Of a stretch of DNA of 64,000 nt, positions 27,685 to 42,509 are shown one piece after another. The stretch is from positions 55,862,001-55,926,000 of the forward strand of contig OX597826.1 of the NCBI GenBank assembly GCA_951406725.2, in the 5' to 3' direction. How positions within the stretch are numbered: the first letter of the stretch is position 1; every line of letters starts with the position of its first letter. A model generated the notes under the pieces. It was given only the letters and a program-made list of their open reading frames with translations, was not told the origin of the DNA and did not search any database. A program made the position numbers and the translations under genes. This DNA is from Octopus vulgaris (Eukaryota).

Positions 27685-27885
27685 AGCAATTCGAAAGAGG
27701 ATAGAAGAAAACATGCAAGAAAGAAACAAGAGAAATGTTAGAAAGAGTGATAGTGATAGAGAGAAACAGAGCAGAATGAGAGAGAGAGAGAGAGAGAGCG
27801 AAAGAGGAAACCGACAAATAGAAGTTTTATGTATGAGTTTAAGAGACCGAGAAAGATAGAGACAGAGATGATAAAACAGAAATGT

Positions 27886-27958
<73 letters not shown>

Positions 27959-28448
27959 GATTATGCTACTGATAGTGATGATGAAGGCAACTGCAAGGAA
28001 ATTGCTCAAAGTGAAGAACATGTGTCCATTTTGTTAAATGACAATCGGTTCAGAAGGTCAGCGAAGACCGATATATATCGATGACGGAGATATTTATGTC
28101 ACTTTTTAAGATGCTTATACTGCGACTTGCAGCTTCCTGATGTCAACTTGCAACATACAGTTATCAATATATCAAGATTCCCGATTCATCTATAGTAATA
28201 TCAATAGGCAGGAAAAACTCAGACCGTTTCGTTAAGTGCTGCTTGCCGCTATTTATGTGCGTATTTTATAGATTCCCAGCTTCAAATCATGTGATACTTT
28301 ATTGCTCTTTTACTACTACCAGTCTGTGAACTGCGGCCAAGCTGGGGGACACCGCCTTAAAAAAAAATAATACCTTTTTTATTTAATTGAATAAAACGAC
28401 TGAACTCCCTCAGTTCAATACATTGGTAGTTATTTCATCTTACTCTGT

Positions 28449-28762
28449 GAAGGCGCATGGCTCAGTAGTTAGAGCGTCGAGCTTACGATCGTGAGGTTGT
28501 GAGTTCGAATCCCGGACCGGGCTGCGTGTTGTATTCTTGAGCAAGACACTTTATTTCACGTTGTTCCAGTTCACTCAGCTGTAGAAATGAGTTGCGACGT
28601 CACAGGTGCCAAGCCGTACCGGCCCCTTTACTTTTCCCTTGGATTACATTGTTGGCGTGGTGAGGGGAGGCCGGTATGCATGGGCGACTGCTGGTCTTCT
28701 TGTGCCTGGGAGGGTAACTTTCTAGGTGCAATCCCATGGGCAGTCATGACCGAAAGGGGTGT
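28449..28762 (+). mobile_element. SINE family A
   Basis: Homologous to 110-440, with an internal deletion. Confidence 0.85.
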
Positions 28763-28844
28763 CAGCAATCATACTCTATCTAGCGAATGACTAAGCCGTC
28801 ATTGATGGAATGAAACTTAACCGGCATGGAATACCTATCCTTTC

Positions 28845-29450
28845 TTAATTTTGGCATAAGGCCAGCAATTCTGGGAAAGGAATTAAGTCGATTACATCGA
28901 CCAACCCCGTGCTCATCTGTTGAATTTTTTATCGACGCCGAAAGGATTAAAAGCAAATTCGACCTCGGCAGAATTTGAACGCAGAAAATAAAGACAGACG
29001 AAATACTAAGCATTTTACTCGGCATGCTAGCGATTCTGCCAGCTCATTGCTTTTACATGGCATAAATATCATAAAATATTTTGTTCGCTGCACCGATTTA
29101 TGGCTAGTCTTTGCTAACACTGACAGTGAAAGATTATTAAAGTTGAATAACGTTAGCCTTTCGAAAGTTCTAAAGAAATTGCATATGAATTACGGCTTTC
29201 ATGAGATCTCGAAGACCGTAATATTTTTATTTGTTAAAGTCTGCGAGCTGGCAGAATCGTTAGCACGCCGGGCGAAATGCTTAGCAGTATTTCGTCTGTC
29301 TTTACGTTCTGAGTTCAAATTTCGCCGAGATTGACTTTGCCTTTTATCCTTTCGGGGTCGATAAATTAAGTACTAGTTGCGTACTGGCGTCGATCTAATC
29401 GACTGGACTCCTCCCCCAAAATTTCGGCCTTGTTCCTAGAATAGAAAAGA
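28845..29450. mobile_element. Two family D SINEs: 28845-29045 (minus) and 29238-29450 (plus, 11-bp TSD)
   Basis: The plus copy is flanked by aatatttttat at 29220-29230 and 29450-29460. Confidence 0.85.
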
Positions 29451-29934
29451 ATATTTTTATCTTTTACTTATTTCACTCTTTGAACTACTGTCATGCTGGG
29501 GCACCACCTTGAAAATATAAACGATTGATTAATTAATTAATTTACTTACTTATTTATAGTTTCACTCATTATTGGTACGATGTTTTATATTCTGAAAATC
29601 TTGCTGAAAACTATTGAGCGTATTTTCCTCTGAGAAAATATTTCTCCCATCTGTTCAATGCGATGAAATTAGGGCTTCTTCTGTAGTTTTTAGTACTAAA
29701 TAAACTCTGATTATGCAAATTTATGAGGAAAGGCACTCTATTCTGTCGTTTATTATGACATAGTAATGATATCTTGGTTGTTATTGGTCTTGGAGTGGTG
29801 TTGAGCTTAGGATAAAATGTCTTGCGTTATTTGTTTAATTGCCGTGTTGTGAGTTCAAATTCCACGAAGTTAACGTTACCTTTCATATACTTCGGGATCA
29901 ATTAATATAGTACCAGTCAACCGCATCCAACTAC

Positions 29935-30331
<397 letters not shown>

Positions 30332-30427
30332 CTATTATTGAAAACAAGTGGATGTATTCCACCGAAACTAGGTAAATAAAACCTTCGAACAGAGATTGTC
30401 AGAAGCGACACCTACTGGTCTGACTAC

Positions 30428-30469
30428 GCTGCATTGAAAAGGGGCAATACCCCGAAACGCGTCTGTAGC
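30428..30469 (+). ncRNA. Minimal type I hammerhead ribozyme motif, U3:A8 core variant
   Basis: Stem I gctgca/tgtagc; core TTGAAAA; stem II gggg-caata-cccc; GAAA; palindromic acgcgt; GTC triplet. Confidence 0.65.
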
Positions 30470-30678
30470 TGTCGGTCAAGTCGTGTGGAGCGACTGACCT
30501 CCCTTGTTCGAAGGTTATATGGATATAGTTTGTGTATCAAATAGCTAACTTAAGGCGATGGCCTCATGGAGCTTAATAAGCGGACAGCTTTATTCTTATT
30601 TTTATAAGAATGCCATATTAGTATGGCGATAACTAATATATATATATGTATATATATGTATATATATATATATATATA

Positions 30679-30741
<63 letters not shown>

Positions 30742-30744
30742 ATA

Positions 30745-30805
<61 letters not shown>

Positions 30806-31025
30806 GCTTTATTTGTAAGTTAAGAAGGCAACCAATGTTTTCATACGATGAGATTTTCACAATTGTTCGAGTGTGCCAGATCATGGAAGTATTAGTATCC
30901 GTCTCCAATTTATATATATATATACATATATATATATGATGCGACTCTACTCTATACTGTATTCTTCTTCCATCCTTCTTTAATTCATTTTTTCTCCCCC
31001 TTCTTCTTTCACCAATTTCTATCTA

Positions 31026-31059
<34 letters not shown>

Positions 31060-31582
31060 CCTCTTTCTCTTTTTCTTTCTCTCATTGCTCACACGTGACC
31101 ATCGTCCATCTTTCTTTTCGTCACGTGACCATCTTTTCCTGCATGGACGTTCAAAAGACTGGACGTTTTTATTCTCTCTCTTCTATCTAATCTCTTTTGA
31201 AAGAAAACATTTTTCCCAGTGTTAACTATTTTCCTCTCGTTCTGGCCTAACGTTCTTCCATGTTTATTTTCGTTTTGGTTCCTTATATGTCTCCACTGTC
31301 CTGTTTTTGCTCCCAACGTTGACCCTCCATAAATCCTAAGTTTTATTTTAGAATTTAAGGGAGCAACTGTCTTTGAAGATTCATATTGTCGTTGAATGCT
31401 CGAAATGAGGAGTAGACAGACAGCAGACAATTCACGAAGAGTCCCATCTCTGTGTTTACTTGTCCTGTTTTCCATTTTGTTCTTGGTTTACGTATTTGAT
31501 TGTGTGTTTTCGTACTTCAGGTTGTTTACACCGTTGGTGACATCCTGTACCCATATATTCATACACACACACACACACAAAC

Positions 31583-31634
<52 letters not shown>

Positions 31635-31635
31635 G

Positions 31636-31686
<51 letters not shown>

Positions 31687-31699
31687 TATGTCTCTCTAA

Positions 31700-32108
31700 C
31701 CAGGGATTTTTACCTACGACTATGACATACCGGCATAATCTGAGAAAGATAAACTATTAACTTTGTTGTTACGCTCTTATCAAGATGTTTCATAATACAG
31801 CTGCGTTTGTGCGCACATACATGTGAGTACTGTCCAAATCTCCGACCAATCACTTACTGCAAGCTGGCATTCAATTGGCGTATCAAGTTTCAGGCATTTT
31901 GATTGGGTTTTGGTTAGAAAATTCACAAAAATGTCACTTCTATTAATTTTTTAATGGCTTTGCGGGGTGACTAGGGAAATGTAATAATATGCACGACCAC
32001 CCTTGGACGGTTTTGATGACCATAGAAAGTGCGAGCCCTCTAACTGAAAAACTGTGGATTTGTATAAAGGACACGCTCACAGACATTTTGCTTTGTATAT
32101 ATATAGAG
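31700..32108 (-). mobile_element. Possible non-autonomous Helitron (5' end only recognisable)
   Basis: Reverse complement begins tctatatatatacaaagcaaaatgtctgtg, like the Helitron 5' end at 40950 and 55873. No CTRR 3' end found. Confidence 0.4.
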
Positions 32109-32121
32109 AGTACATATTTAA

Positions 32122-32350
32122 AGGCGGCGAGCTGGCAGACACGTTAGCGCGCCGGGCGAAATGCTTAACGGTATTTCGTCTGTCGTTACGTTCTGAGTTC
32201 AAATTCCGCCGAGGTCAACTTTGCCTTTCATCCTTTCGGGGTCGATAAATAAAGTACCAGTTTCGCACTGGGGGCGATATAATCGTCTCAATCCCCTCAT
32301 CTGTCTTTGTTTGTCCCCTCTGTGTTTAGCCTCTTCTGGGCAGTAAATAA
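32122..32350 (+). mobile_element. SINE family D, full length with TSD
   Basis: A-box tggcagacacgttag, B-box gagttcaaattcc, Meta-domain-like gcctttcatcctttcggggtcgataaa. TSD tagagagtaca at 32104-32114 and 32362-32372. Confidence 0.9.
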
Positions 32351-33065
32351 ATATATATATGTAGAGAGTACAACAATTCCCAACATTAATGACAACATCT
32401 GCAACCAGTTGCCTTTATATTGCAGCAGCTAGACCTGCTAAATATCCTTCAGATCCATCCTATCATGTTAAGAAAGGAAGCTTGAGCAATGTAGTCTTTG
32501 ACATACTGTCTGGTACAAAAGACGTTGATGACCACCGTTGTAAAGATTTTATCGTATATATGCTTTTGATGGGTAGACCTGAGGTTAGAAACTAAAAAGT
32601 GTAACTACAATATATTATATTACGTTAAGGAAAGATAAGAAGGAAAGCAAAGGTAATAACATCATCAGGAAGAAGAGAAGCAACCACGATGATAATAACA
32701 GTAATAACAACTATTACTGCAATAATAGCAATAACCACAGTAATAACAACCGCAACAATAACAGTAATATCAATAAATACAGTAACAATAACTCCAACAT
32801 CGATAAGGATAACCATGGTAACAATAGCAACAACTCACAATGGAGGGATAGAACAACAACAACAACAACAATAACACAGTAACAATCAAAAACTACTTCA
32901 ACCACAAACACAACAGCACCACCACCACCACCACCACTACTATTACTACTACTTCCACTGATGCTGATGCTGATAATAATAATAATAATAATAATAATAA
33001 TATTAATAATAATAATAATGATGATACTAATAATAATAATAATAATAATAGTAATAATAATGATG

Positions 33066-33105
<40 letters not shown>

Positions 33106-33130
33106 TAATAATAGTAATAGTAATAATAAC

Positions 33131-33186
<56 letters not shown>

Positions 33187-33218
33187 TAATAATAATAATA
33201 ATAATAATAGTAATGGTA

Positions 33219-33280
<62 letters not shown>

Positions 33281-33609
33281 CAACCACAACAACCATGTTG
33301 GAATTTAAGCAGATTTTAAACAGAACTCAGATTTGATAGATGGCTGGATGGATCGTGTGGGCCTTCATCCCACTCCCTGCTTCCCTGAGCAGAGAAAAGT
33401 AAAGGTCAGGAGGTATTTCTTTAAAATTAATCTTACTTGTCCTTCAATCATAATAATGTACTTGACCTTTCACCTAAAACTATATCTACGTATATACATA
33501 CATGCACACATAGGTATGTATCTCTGTGCGTACACACACATATATATACATACATATATACATATATGTTTGTGTGTGTATGTATGTGTATACGTAAACA
33601 TATACATAT

Positions 33610-33659
<50 letters not shown>

Positions 33660-33965
33660 GTACACATGTATGTATATAAATGCATATACTCTGGTATTAG
33701 CATACACAAACGTATTCATAACTCTTGGAAATATAGGCATATATATGTAAATATATATGTGTGTGTGTCTGTGTGTATGCGTATGTGAACGCGTGCGTGT
33801 GTGTGTAAGTGGACATCGCGTTGTATGTATACGTATAAGTCGTACTTTCATGTGTGTGTGTGTGTGCATGTTTACGTATATACACACACACTCACACAAA
33901 CACACATATATATATACTCATATACCCACACACATAAACACGAAACTAAGCTCATATATGTATGT

Positions 33966-34009
<44 letters not shown>

Positions 34010-34262
34010 TCATATACCCACACACATAAACACGAAATTAAGCTCATATATGTATGTGTTTATATATATATATATATATGTATGTGTTTATATATATATA
34101 TATATATATATGCAGCCACAGAAGTATACATACGTGTATTACCATACCTGTGTACGTGTATATACGTATGTATGCATTCCTATACATATCTGTCTATATA
34201 TATATATATATATATATGAATTTATATGTGTATGTGTGTGAGAGAGAGTGTTTGTGTTTTGC

Positions 34263-34293
<31 letters not shown>

Positions 34294-34390
34294 CGCGTAT
34301 GTCCTTCTGTGTATGTAAAGTGCTGTAATTTCACAACCAATATGTCATGCTACAATATCCTTTATTTGATGGTGGAAGGAAAAATTAACC

Positions 34391-34422
<32 letters not shown>

Positions 34423-35080
34423 CAATTGCGTCTCTGCGTGAGACCAGAACATTCCGTAACACTGGGAATTGAAGGAGGAAAAGTTTGGACGAGTTAGAAG
34501 CGCTGGAGAGGTGCGAGTATCGTGGAAGAATGGTAGTGGTAGTAAGAGTAGCCATTTTATTAATAGTGGCGGTAATGGCGCGGTTTTAGCCATGGCAATG
34601 GTGTTGGTAGTGATAGTGGAGGTGTTGGTGGTGGTGGTCGTCGTCGACGTCGTTATCACCGTTGCCGTCATTGCGGTAGTGGTGGTGTTAGTGGTGGTGG
34701 AGATCTCGTAATGATCATGATGGGGGCGGTGATAGTGATGTTTGCAATATCGTTGCTGGTGCGGTGAAGGCGGTGGTGATGATGGTGATGATGATGATGG
34801 TAGTGGTGGTGGTGGTGGTGATAGTGGTGCTGTGTTATGTTACCAATATTATTGGTGCCATGGTGATGGTAGAAATATGTTTGGTGGTCATAGAGATGAA
34901 AGTAGCGATGGTGGTGATGTCACCAATACCGTATTTGGTATGGTGGTGGTGGTCGTGGTGGTCGTGGTGTTGGTGGTCGTGTTGGTGGCGGTGATGGTGG
35001 CCATGGCGGTGGTGTTAGGAATCATATTGATGGCATTGTGATGATAATGTTAGCAATTTTGGCAATGAGTGATCACTATT

Positions 35081-35117
<37 letters not shown>

Positions 35118-35169
35118 GATGAGGAGGAGGGGCAGCAGCAGCGATGATGATTGTGGGGGAAATTGCTGT

Positions 35170-35412
35170 TATTTGTTTGTTCCTTCTCAAGCCATGCCTG
35201 GCTCATAAGGGCTGGTTTCCCGGTTTCCTTGGCGTATAGGTTCCGTCGTAGGTGAGCTGCAAGATGCAGGAGGAAAGAGTGAAAGAAAGTTGTGGCGAAA
35301 GAGTCAGCAGAAGTTCGCCATTACCTTCTGCCGGAGCCGCGTGGAGCTTAGGTGTTTCGCTCATAAACACGCATATCGCCCGGTCTGACATTTGAACCCG
35401 TTGCTCTAACCA
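35170..35412 (-). mobile_element. SINE family E
   Basis: Reverse complement of the 40210-40508 body (cgaacttctgctgactctttcgccacaactttc..gagaaggaacaaac). Confidence 0.8.
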
Positions 35413-36248
35413 CGTAGTTGTATTAGTGGTTTTGGTGTTTTGGTGTTGATGGTTGTAGTTGTGGTGGCGGGTGTAGTATTGATGGCGCTTGTGTGAAGAT
35501 GGTGGTTCCCATGCTTGTTGTGGCGGTACAGCTGCTGAGGATGAAGATGATATTATCAGTAGTTTTAATTGTTGTTGCTGATGGTGATGATGATAGCGGT
35601 TGTGGTGGTGGTGGTGGAGGTGGTGTTGGTGGGGGTGTTGGTGGTGCTGGTGGTGGTGGTGGTGGTGGTGGTGGTGGTGATTTTGGGGGTGGTGGTTTTG
35701 GTGGTGGTGGTGGTGGTGGTGGTGATGATAATAGTAATTGTGGCAATTGTGGTGATGGTGGTTGTTGATGTGGTGGTTTGTGTTGTGGTAGCAGTGAAGG
35801 TATTTGGTAGTAACACTAATAACGTTGGCACCTAAAATTCAAATGTAATACTGGAAATCCAACCCAAGGCTCTCTTGTATGCCGAACGCTTTACAAACTG
35901 CTTTCCTTTGTAACACCGTTCTTCACAGTTTCAAGTTTCTGAGGACCAGCTACATATTGGAGCAAATCTCTGGTGTATCTGGATGATGAAAAACACATAA
36001 CACTTTAGCATTTTAGCCTGGGGTATCGATATTTCACCTCCTTAACATAATGTAAGATGGAATACATTCTATTTCCATAATTTACACGTGTCTCCTTCAT
36101 CAGCGAGCTTTCAGAACGAAAATTAATTTTTCCTAAAGCTGTTTGATTTTACTGATACTGGTGATGCTGTTGATGTCATAGTCGTTACTGATGTTGTTGC
36201 TGTGGTGGTTGTTATCGTAGCTGTTGTTATTGATGTTGTCACTCTGTC

Positions 36249-36299
<51 letters not shown>

Positions 36300-36376
36300 G
36301 TTTCTATCGGTACATATATATATACACACACACACACACACATACACACACATATGGAGAGACAGATAGATAGATG

Positions 36377-36419
<43 letters not shown>

Positions 36420-36471
36420 GAATAGATAGATAGATAGATAGATAGATAGATGGATAGATAGATAGATATAT

Positions 36472-36565
<94 letters not shown>

Positions 36566-36570
36566 GGATG

Positions 36571-37160
<590 letters not shown>

Positions 37161-37360
37161 TCAATTAAACATACAAGACTCGTCTTACAATTCTATGTTA
37201 ATTCGTTTGATCGAGGCATTCACCTGACAATGCTTTACAAATAATGAGAAATTAGTTGGGGCTATGGCCAATGCTAATGTGATACACACATACATACACA
37301 CATACACATGTACACGCACGCACACACATACACACACATATATATTATAAACACATACAT

Positions 37361-37430
<70 letters not shown>

Positions 37431-39259
37431 TTGTGTATGTGTGCCTGTGCTCAATTTCAAGATATTTATTACTTGTTTATTGTTATTTTATTAATATCAT
37501 TTCTGGTTGCTATTATCTAGGTCCCCGCTTCAAGGTCAGAAGCAAAAGTCAAAGCAAAGGTCAACGAAAAGGTCAAAACAAAGCGAATGACCTCAACACC
37601 CCCAAACCATTTCACACTAAACTCAATAGGTTTTCACAACACTCTGTTTCCCAACAAACATTTATCATTCCATCGTCCATCCATCCATACCCACCGCCGA
37701 CTAACCTCCCACCTCATCCTCCTTCAATAATCTCACTCTGACCAGAAAGAGACCTTAACATTTTTTTTTTCTCCCAGAAGAAACTACGCGCACAAAATTC
37801 TGCTTCAAATGAACTTTGACCCTTATCTTAACCCTGAGTCAGCGTTGCTCCAATCTCCAGCTCTCATAGTTCCATTCGCACATAATGGTCTGTTGCTTTC
37901 GCTAATTGTTTTAGGGCCTGTGTAGTCGCTCGCATATACAAGCACGCTTTCAGTGCCTCTTAGTGTAACATCGAGGATTTAACAATTGAAAGGAGGTAGA
38001 GAGAATTGCATCAGTACTTATTTTCAGGTGTATAGATTAGTGTAATATGAAACGGTGCAGTTTTCTCAAGGACACAACACGGTGTTCGATCCCGAAATGT
38101 AACTAGGATCTTATGATCAGGAACCCAATACCCTAACCATCTCGCCACACGCCTTCATATGTCGTTATACATTCCCATCTATACACAAAGGCTCAAACGC
38201 ACGTCCCGCGCAGGCACACGCGCGCGCGCACGTATAACACACGTATATACACTTTATAGCTTATAACTAACGCTCCATCACATGTATTCGGGATCCACTT
38301 ACGATCCACAGAAGTAACCGCTCTGTAGTTGCTTTCACTTTTGTCATTTAGCCTCAGGTCAGTTCCGATAGAAAAACCTATGACGAAAGCGGTGCCCATC
38401 CCGCCTTTCTCTATGTACAGAGAACCTAGTTGCCCATTATCCAACTACCACTTTGTGGAGGTGGGATGGTATTTGTTATCATAGTATTGTTACTTAGCCC
38501 CCAAGGGCTGCTTTGATAACCGGGCCGATGATCAAAGACTCTGAAACCACGACTATCCCGTCGGTTCTTATTTATTTATTTTTAGAAATAATATAACTAG
38601 GACTTCTTGCTGAAGCTGTTCATAATGCTTTTGCCTAGCGGCAAGTTAGCCGACAATGGTCAGACCTACAATCAGACATGTTCCAGCTATGACCATCCCG
38701 CCTCTTTTTACAGAAGCAGTAGTGTATTTATGATACTACTCTCCAATGTAGACTTCTGGTTTTATGACGATAAGTAGATACGGCGTGATTCGAAAGAAAT
38801 TTGGCTGCTATCTTTACAAAGCTATGCAACCATATGGACGGTAACTCTCGTGGTTTTACTTTGTGAGGCCTGTCATGGATAAGTTTGAAAACTAATTTTT
38901 TTTAAAGATAAAGTAATTTTCGTTGAATTCTATTTTCATAATCAATAATAGTTTTATTGAATAAATTTTCAAATACTGTTTGTTTGTTTTTTAAAATGTT
39001 TCTTTTCTTTAAATATACGTTTAGCAAAAAAAAAGTGTATATTTTCATAATCGATTAGACAGCTTCCGTTCTAAATTTAGCTTTGTATCTCATCAAAAGA
39101 AATCACTGTTTATTCGTAAGACGTAGAGAAGGAGTGGGGGTGAAAGTGGAGAAGACATATAAAAAAAATAATCAAACTAAAAACTTAACAAAGTAAAGTG
39201 AACTTTTATGCAGTGTAAGAACAAATCTGAGACAGACAAAAAAAAACAGAAGTAAAGAT

Positions 39260-39790
39260 GTGAGACAAACCATCTCGTATATATCGCTTGCTGGGGCAGG
39301 AAATATGTCGTGCCTGTCGCTTGTCGGGATACGAAACAGCTCGTATCTCGTGTCCGTTGCTGGTCAGGTAAATCACGTTGTGTCTATCGCTTACTGCAAC
39401 ACGACCCGTCTTGTGTCCATCGCTTATCGGGACACGAACTAGATCGCATCTACCGCCTGCCGGATAAATTGGATAAATTCATATTATTTAATCTCAACCG
39501 AAGCAAGGCTCGATAACCTTACTACCGCCTCCTGCTCCATGAAAGAAAAATGTGGAGGGGGTCTCTAATAACCCAGCCTCTCAGTCCACAAAAAAAAGTT
39601 GATTCTTTCTCTTCCTTTCGTCTTCTTTTCTTCAGCTGTTCGACCCATGTGCGAAATCCGATGTTTCTATCGCTTGCCGTGACATGACCCATGTCATATT
39701 TATCAATTGCCGGGTCAAGAAGCGCATCATGCCCATCGCTGTTGGGACTCAAACCAACTCGTGTCTGTCGCAAGTCGGAACACGTGTGAG
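39260..39790. repeat. Degenerate ~33-bp minisatellite in two clusters (39260-39465, 39640-39790)
   Basis: Recurring tcgtgtctatcgcttgccgggacacgaa-like units. Confidence 0.7.
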
Positions 39791-40209
39791 TTTTGCCATC
39801 AAATAAAAATGTCGATATTTAAAGAGTATTTTGCTATTGTTGATGTTGTTATTAAGTTGCGGGTCAGACATCCTCCAGCAGATCAAATCCATTCAATCCT
39901 TTATCACAATTTTTTCCTTGTCCTGCTTTATTTAATGTGTCATTCAAAAACAAACAGTATGTAGCTCGAGGGAGATTTGATTTCTATTTCTAGTGGATCA
40001 TACAGTCACAGAGAATCATACTTGCTAGTTTGATAGCGGTTGTGCACACACTCTAGCTACGTCACAATCTGGACCCCCTAATCTTTTCATATCAAAACTA
40101 CAACGAACTACAAACACTAACACCTGATGGTGTTGGTTCGATATTTCGAGCAATCGCAATCAGCATTGCATAGACCCTTCGAAGTAAATAACCCTCATTG
40201 ATTCAAATT

Positions 40210-40508
40210 GTGGAGGCACATGGCCTAGTGGTTAGAGCAGCATACTCGCGGTCGAGGGATCGTAGGTTCGAATCTCCGACCGGTCGATGTGTGTGTTTAT
40301 GAGCGAAAACACATAAGCTCCACCTGGCTCCGGCAGAAGGTAATGGCGAACTTCTGCTGACTCTTTCGCCACAACTTTCACTCTTTCCTCCTGCATCTTG
40401 CAGCTCATCTGCGACGGACCGGCGTCCCGTCCAGGTGGGGAACCTATACGCCAAGAAAACGCGAAATCGGCCCTTATGAGCCAGGTATGGCCCAAGAAGG
40501 AACAAACA
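40210..40508 (+). mobile_element. SINE family E, full length
   Basis: A-box tggcctagtggttagag, B-box ggttcgaatctcc. Flanked by cattgattcaaat at 40196-40208 and 40508-40520 (TSD). Confidence 0.88.
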
Positions 40509-40923
40509 TTGATTCAAATCATTTAACTTGAAAATAGGTACCATAAACAGCTATCGATGACTGCTAAAAGTAGCGGGAGCGTTTCAATTTTAAAGAGTGT
40601 TTCATTACTCGGAGACTTCATCAGGAAAATAGAGGAGTTCAAATACCGTAACAGAGTGAACATGATGCTGTTTTTGATTGTGTTTACCCCAGGTTAGCAG
40701 ACTTTTGGTCAAAGATATCCCAATCACGATCATCCTGTATTTTCTTATACTAAGGACTTCATTCTCCTTTACTTCTTTTGTTGATAACACAAACTGGCCT
40801 TCCTTTTTTAAAAATGATACGATGTGGATTAAAAGAATTTAGCCGCTACCTCTTGCAGGCCCTGTGATCGGAGAAGTTTCCTCACTGGATTTAATTGTTG
40901 CTTGAGACATAACTAAATATATA

Positions 40924-41506
40924 CTGTATTTACTCGTATATAAGTTGCATCTATAATCTATATACATAAAGCTGAAGTTGTCTGTGTGTGGCAGGTTTGG
41001 TAGGCTTCAACTAACACTATCTCCTCCGAGACCCTGCGGCGCAAGCTGACCAAAATTGAGAGTATGATAGAAGAAGGCTTGCTCTCCATTTCGTAGGAGA
41101 AAACATTCAAATCGGACCATGTTAAGACCAAAAATTATTGACATTAAAAAGGTGCTTTTTTTTCTATGAAAATCCCTATTTTTTACAACTTTTTGACTGC
41201 TGTATCGCCATTTTTCGGTGTATTGCAACCAGAAAAACGTTCACTTAAAGAGAATAACAAGCTACATAATGCAAAATTTTTACTTTTCAAAAACTCCAAT
41301 TTTAAAGGGTCGAAAAGAAAACAAAGCCGAGCGACGCCGGGCAATACTGCTAGTTTAGTGTTAAATCACGGTACAAACTTTTTTTCACTTCAGAGTTATA
41401 GCTTTGTCCCGTGTCTAAGCCACAAACAAGGTTTTGTCTTTTCTTCTATTTTTGACCAGCTCAAATCATGTGTAAACTGAAGCGGCTTATACACGAGTCA
41501 ATACAG
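40924..41506. mobile_element. Tc2/pogo-like MITE interrupted by a Helitron
   Basis: Imperfect 25-bp TIRs ctgtatttactcgtatataagttgc and reverse complement ctgtattgactcgtgtataagccgc. TA at the left flank. Confidence 0.6.
40950..41353 (+). mobile_element. Non-autonomous Helitron
   Basis: 5' TC, 3' CTAG (41350-41353), GC hairpin ccgagcgacgccggg just upstream of the end, inserted between A and T with no TSD. A second copy is split at 55873 and 56997. Confidence 0.8.
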
Positions 41507-41785
41507 ACTTTCATTTAAGTGTAACTCGGAGTATATGTCTTGTTATTTGTTCTTGATAAGAAATGGAGAGCTTCTCTGAGTACTTGACCTGGTTACGAAA
41601 ACCCCAAATGGTCTTTCTCCACCAGTTCTTATCAATAGGATGTGAAACCTTTTGGTTTGGCTGAAGGACTTCGCTTATTGGCTGATGATGTTGTAGAGCA
41701 AAATGTCATCGCGCAGTAAAGGTCACCACATAGTGGCATCGACTGCCAGGGGAATCTTTTAGTTAAGTACCGTAGAGAGAGAGAG

Positions 41786-41819
<34 letters not shown>

Positions 41820-42509
41820 CCGACACATTGACGATGATGATGATGATGACCACGACTTCGACGATTATGATAACGATGGTGATGATGATATTGAAGAAGA
41901 AAACGAAGGAGGAAAGGAAGGTGGTGATGGTAGTAGTAGTAGTAGTGGGTGATGGTGATGACGATGATGACGACTACAAACCATAAATAAACAATATTGA
42001 TATATTGAGCTATCGTTATCATCATCAACAACATCCTCTTCCTTCTCCTCCTACTCCTCATCATCATAATCTTCATCATCATTATTATCAGCAGCAGTAT
42101 TATCAATATCATTATCCTTATCATCATCATCATCATCATCATTTAAAACCGCCAGGAGCATTATCACAGCCTTTCTCTTGCCACTACCAAGAACGGAGAA
42201 GAACTTTTACTCGGCCGCTATTGATCCTAAATATATAACGTAAGAAAACAAGAGAAACAGGAAGGCCGTGGTTGGACCGTGTTTGGTTCATTAAGCCTGC
42301 TTGATCAGAGCTGACCTGGGGTGACCCACAACAACAAAGACAACAGCAGCATCATCAGCATCAACAGCAACAAGTGTAAACACCACGACTAATACAAATG
42401 CCAATATATTTTACTATGAACCAATATCGGCACCAGTTTTTACCATTATTTATTCTGCTGCTGTCACCAACAAAAATACCAAATTTAGACAAAACAAAGA
42501 AACGGCAAC

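Noticed and set aside
31360-31425. Hammerhead-like arrangement ctgtct-ttgaaga...ctcgaaa...agacag
   Set aside because: Stem II closure and stem III do not pair properly. At best a decayed motif in a (TA)n-flanked repeat (~31000-31560).
35423-35835. Pro-rich (extensin-like) and Gly-rich ORFs, also at 20640-20942
   Set aside because: Products of (GGT)n/(ACC)n low-complexity tracts, open on both strands, with no splice or start context.
38340-38850. Recurring faint motif (ttagccccaggtcag..gacctatgatcaaag..ttccagc.atgaccatccc..gatttggctgctatttctag), also near 500-960, 13650-13870, 32400-32600, 39840-40030 and 40680-40900
   Set aside because: Probably an ancient dispersed repeat family rather than conserved functional elements. 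Boundaries are too uncertain to annotate individually.
39260-39790. CRISPR-like periodicity (also 59147-59430 and 46170-46752)
   Set aside because: Whole units are homologous and degenerate, with no invariant repeat plus unique spacers, no cas genes, and a eukaryotic context.
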